Part shown: positions 61,318-64,000 of the stretch, one piece after another
How the letters are laid out: each line of letters begins with the position of its first letter
Position numbering within the stretch: the stretch's first letter is position 1
Source: Patellaria atrata CBS 101060
Lineage: Eukaryota
Direction of reading: 5' to 3'
Assembly: GCA_010093705.1 (NCBI GenBank)
Contig: MU006096.1
Coordinates: forward strand, 518,004 to 582,003
Length of the DNA stretch: 64,000 nt
The notes under the pieces: model-generated
Told to the model about the DNA's origin: nothing
What the model saw: the letters and a program-made list of their open reading frames with translations, nothing else
Database searches by the model: none
Translations under genes and position numbers: made by a program

Positions 61318-61576
61318 ATGTATTCACCAAGAGTGCTAACTGCATGGATGAGGGTATTAAACGAATAAGAGATATTACGAGGATCTAACCTACCTTCCTC
61401 GTGGCCATATGACCTGAGAATACATGTTCAACCGGGTAGTCTGATGTTAATCCCTACTAAATAGAATGGTAGTTTCCGATCCAGGAAGGGAGACGAGAAT
61501 AAAATCCTGTTGGTAAATTTGAAGTGCCAGTGGACTGAGGAAACAGCCATTTTGCTTAGAGAAGCGTTCGAACATG

Positions 61577-62744
61577 TTAACCGCGATTCATTGTGTTGCC
61601 AGAGCCTTTGGGGTTGGCTTCTACAAACTCGTCCCATGCTCGTGCTTTCATAGTCTCTTCGTCTGCCTTATCCATATTATCCTCATCCGGCTCCGGTCGG
61701 AGACCAGACTGCTCTCCGCCGCCTTCAATTATACCCCCGCGCCGTTTCTCTTCTTCTAGGTACTCGTCTATTGTCATAGTAGGCAGACTGTGATCTGGTC
61801 GGAATACACCTGCTTGGAGTCTCTGTCGGTTATCTAAAAGCGTGAATGGTCGTAAGGGCTTCCCGTCTTTACTCAAGATGGGGCCATTGCCTGTAAGACT
61901 GGTTATGGGTAGGTCTAAACGCTCTGAATAGCCATCCTTGGAGCGTGAATCGCCATCACGTAAATCGAGGGGTCTTGCATCCTTTCCTGGTTCTGGTGGT
62001 GGTGGTGCAAGAGAGAGGACGTGAAGTTCCTGTGCTATCGATTCCAAAGCTTGGAACGTTTGGTGGACGCTTAATTTTAAAAGAGAGAGATAGAAGTCTC
62101 TCGTAGCCGCCTCGTCATTCTGAAGAGCCGATGGGTTCTGCTGCAAATGCTACAAATCTAGTCATCAGATCTGATCAAGCAATATGACCTAGAAAAGTAT
62201 ACCTCAAGCTTCTTTTTAAGCTCTTTCTCCTCCCTGAATCTTGCTATCTTAATATCTCTCCTCGCTGCCGCATCCGTAGTGGAAGCTGTTGAAAATGCGT
62301 CAGGAGCATCTTCGTATTTTTGATACAGGCGAGAGTCTGTTTTGGAAAGAATATCGTAGGAATCCAGGCGTTTTAGAAACCTCTCGAGGTGTGTGCGCGA
62401 CCGATTGAGATACGACTTTCGATCTCCACCTGTTATCTTGAGAACGAGCTCTGCGAGATGAAACTCAATTATCAGATACCTATCATTCATCAGCTTTGAT
62501 ACGTGAGGGATTGGGCGGTTTAGGCTTACTGGAGATCATTAGAGGAGATATCATCTAGTGTTTCATTCGAACTAAAGAGGGATATCTGATCGGCCGCCTT
62601 CAAGCATTGCTCGTACGTAGTTATAGCAGAGGTAAGTTTCTCCTGAAAAGTTGACGTGTTAGTATCCCAGGAGAATTCCAGATCTCTTCGTTTACTTTCA
62701 GCTTCGAGGAAGTAATTTCGAAGACTACGTGATTCTTCTGCCAT
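61577..62744 (-). CDS. TAP42: PP2A-associated protein Tap42/alpha4, 2 introns
   Basis: SLFSSNETLDDISSNDL, RRDIKIARFREEKELK, GKPLRPFTL, VFRPDHSLPTMTIDEYLEEE, KARAWDEFVEANPKGSGNTMNRG. Confidence 0.96.
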
Positions 62745-63166
62745 TATTCTCCCAGAAAGTGAGGTTTAAAAAATACAACCTGGAAGTACCACGTCCCAGA
62801 GAAGAGCGGAAGGCGGACTAAATCATGCCAAGACAACAGAGTTTCGGTTCAATGCATTTCGCCGAACCGAGAATCTTTTCCCGTGTTTTAACGGGTAAAC
62901 GCGTTGTACCGTGAATAAACACAGACTTCGCACCGGTTCCGACTATTCGCATAGAACATGGCTTGACATCGTGACAAACTGCATAATTTCTGCACATCGG
63001 CAAATGAGTGACCAGCAAGTAGTAACAGCGTGATAAGGACACGCTTTACCCTACCGAAGATGGCTCATCTGTACGACGGTGTTGAATGGTCAAACATATA
63101 TTTACCTCAAGCCACCACTAACCAGTCAGTAGAAACGATACTCAACTTGAAATTCCGAATCTTAAG

Positions 63167-64000
63167 ATGGCCGTAGACGATGTCGACTATGACGAAGATC
63201 AAGAGCTGGTCAGAGCCAGGGAAGGAGAACTTGGAGATGACCAATCTGATGAGGAAGACAACGGGCTAGAAGCTGCTCACACGACAAAAGAAAAAAAGCG
63301 TGAACAGAATACCATCTTCAAGAGCTGGGTCACGAAGAAGGTCGATGCCTCTTTCACCAAGGAGATTAATGATGCAATGAAGACTACTGATGATGAAGTT
63401 CTTTCTATCAGAGGGCTCCTCGCGAAGCAGGAAGGCACCAACATCATCAAAGATCCCCGGGAATACCAAATGGAGCTATTCGAAAGGGCAAAGCAAGAAA
63501 ACATAATAGCTGTTCTTGACACTGGGTCTGGCAAGACGTTGATTGCTGTATTGCTCTTAAGGCACATCCTGGATCAAGAGCTCGAGAACAGGGCTGCAGG
63601 GAAAGCGCCTCGCATTGCATTTTTCTTAGTAGGTTAAACTGTTCCCATATGTATAGAGCGGACACTCATTGCGTTGATAGGTCGACTCAGTGACTCTCGT
63701 CTTTCAGCAATTCAACGTCCTCGAGACAAACCTCGACCATAAAGTTGATCGATTTTGCGGCGCAATGAAGACAGACCTATGGTCTAAACAAGTATGGGAC
63801 AAGCACTTTGCTACTAATATGGTACTCGTATGTACCGCGGAAGTCCTGGCGCAATGTCTCATGCACTCATTCATCAAGATGGAGCAGATCAACCTACTGA
63901 TATTTGACGAAGCACACCATGCTAAGAAGAATCATGCATACGCCCGGATTATGAGGGATTACTATATAACTCAACCCGACCCTACCAAATCCCCCAAGAT
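63167..64000 (+). CDS. DCL1: Dicer-like protein 1, N-terminal DExD/H helicase domain (runs off the window)
   Basis: [74 protein letters not shown]. Confidence 0.92.

Noticed and set aside
54249..62744. TSC1 and TAP42 (plus ATG18 further away) as a TOR-pathway gene cluster
   Set aside because: They are separated by unrelated sequence and show no shared regulatory evidence. Chance proximity is sufficient.

Overview
Gene-dense genomic window from a filamentous ascomycete (Pezizomycotina; inferred from short GT-AG introns with CTRAC branch sites and the gene content). Conserved genes recognisable from translation: an intron-containing tRNA-Thr(CGU), a 9-exon DUF3237 gene invisible to the ORF track, a PTH11-like membrane protein, PI31/FUB1, a GH62 arabinofuranosidase, ATG18, a PPM2/TYW4-JmjC fusion, PPS1, DNA polymerase delta subunit 4, DCS1, a signal-peptide SET-domain protein, an orphan protein with an ET-like C-terminus, a membrane-anchored pepsin-like protein, sulfite reductase MET5, an ankyrin protein, a DPB3-like histone-fold protein, a CLC/GEF1 channel, TSC1, TAP42 and the 5' end of Dicer-like 1. 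An accessory patch at about 33.9-38.2 kb holds a TIR-bounded pogo/Fot1-type transposon (with assembly gaps), a RIP-damaged transposase remnant and a decayed kinase. An IAH1-like esterase is multiply frameshifted. The most interesting signal is the ORF-free DCS1-SET intergenic region (about 25.1-26.0 kb). It carries, in the right order, the elements of a fungal telomerase RNA: core-enclosing helix, TAACCCTA template, pseudoknot candidate, P6/P6.1-like hairpins, a U-tract, and a 5' splice site plus branch point with no normal 3' splice site. It would be unusually compact (about 0.8 kb). All calls were made by eye, without searches or folding software.
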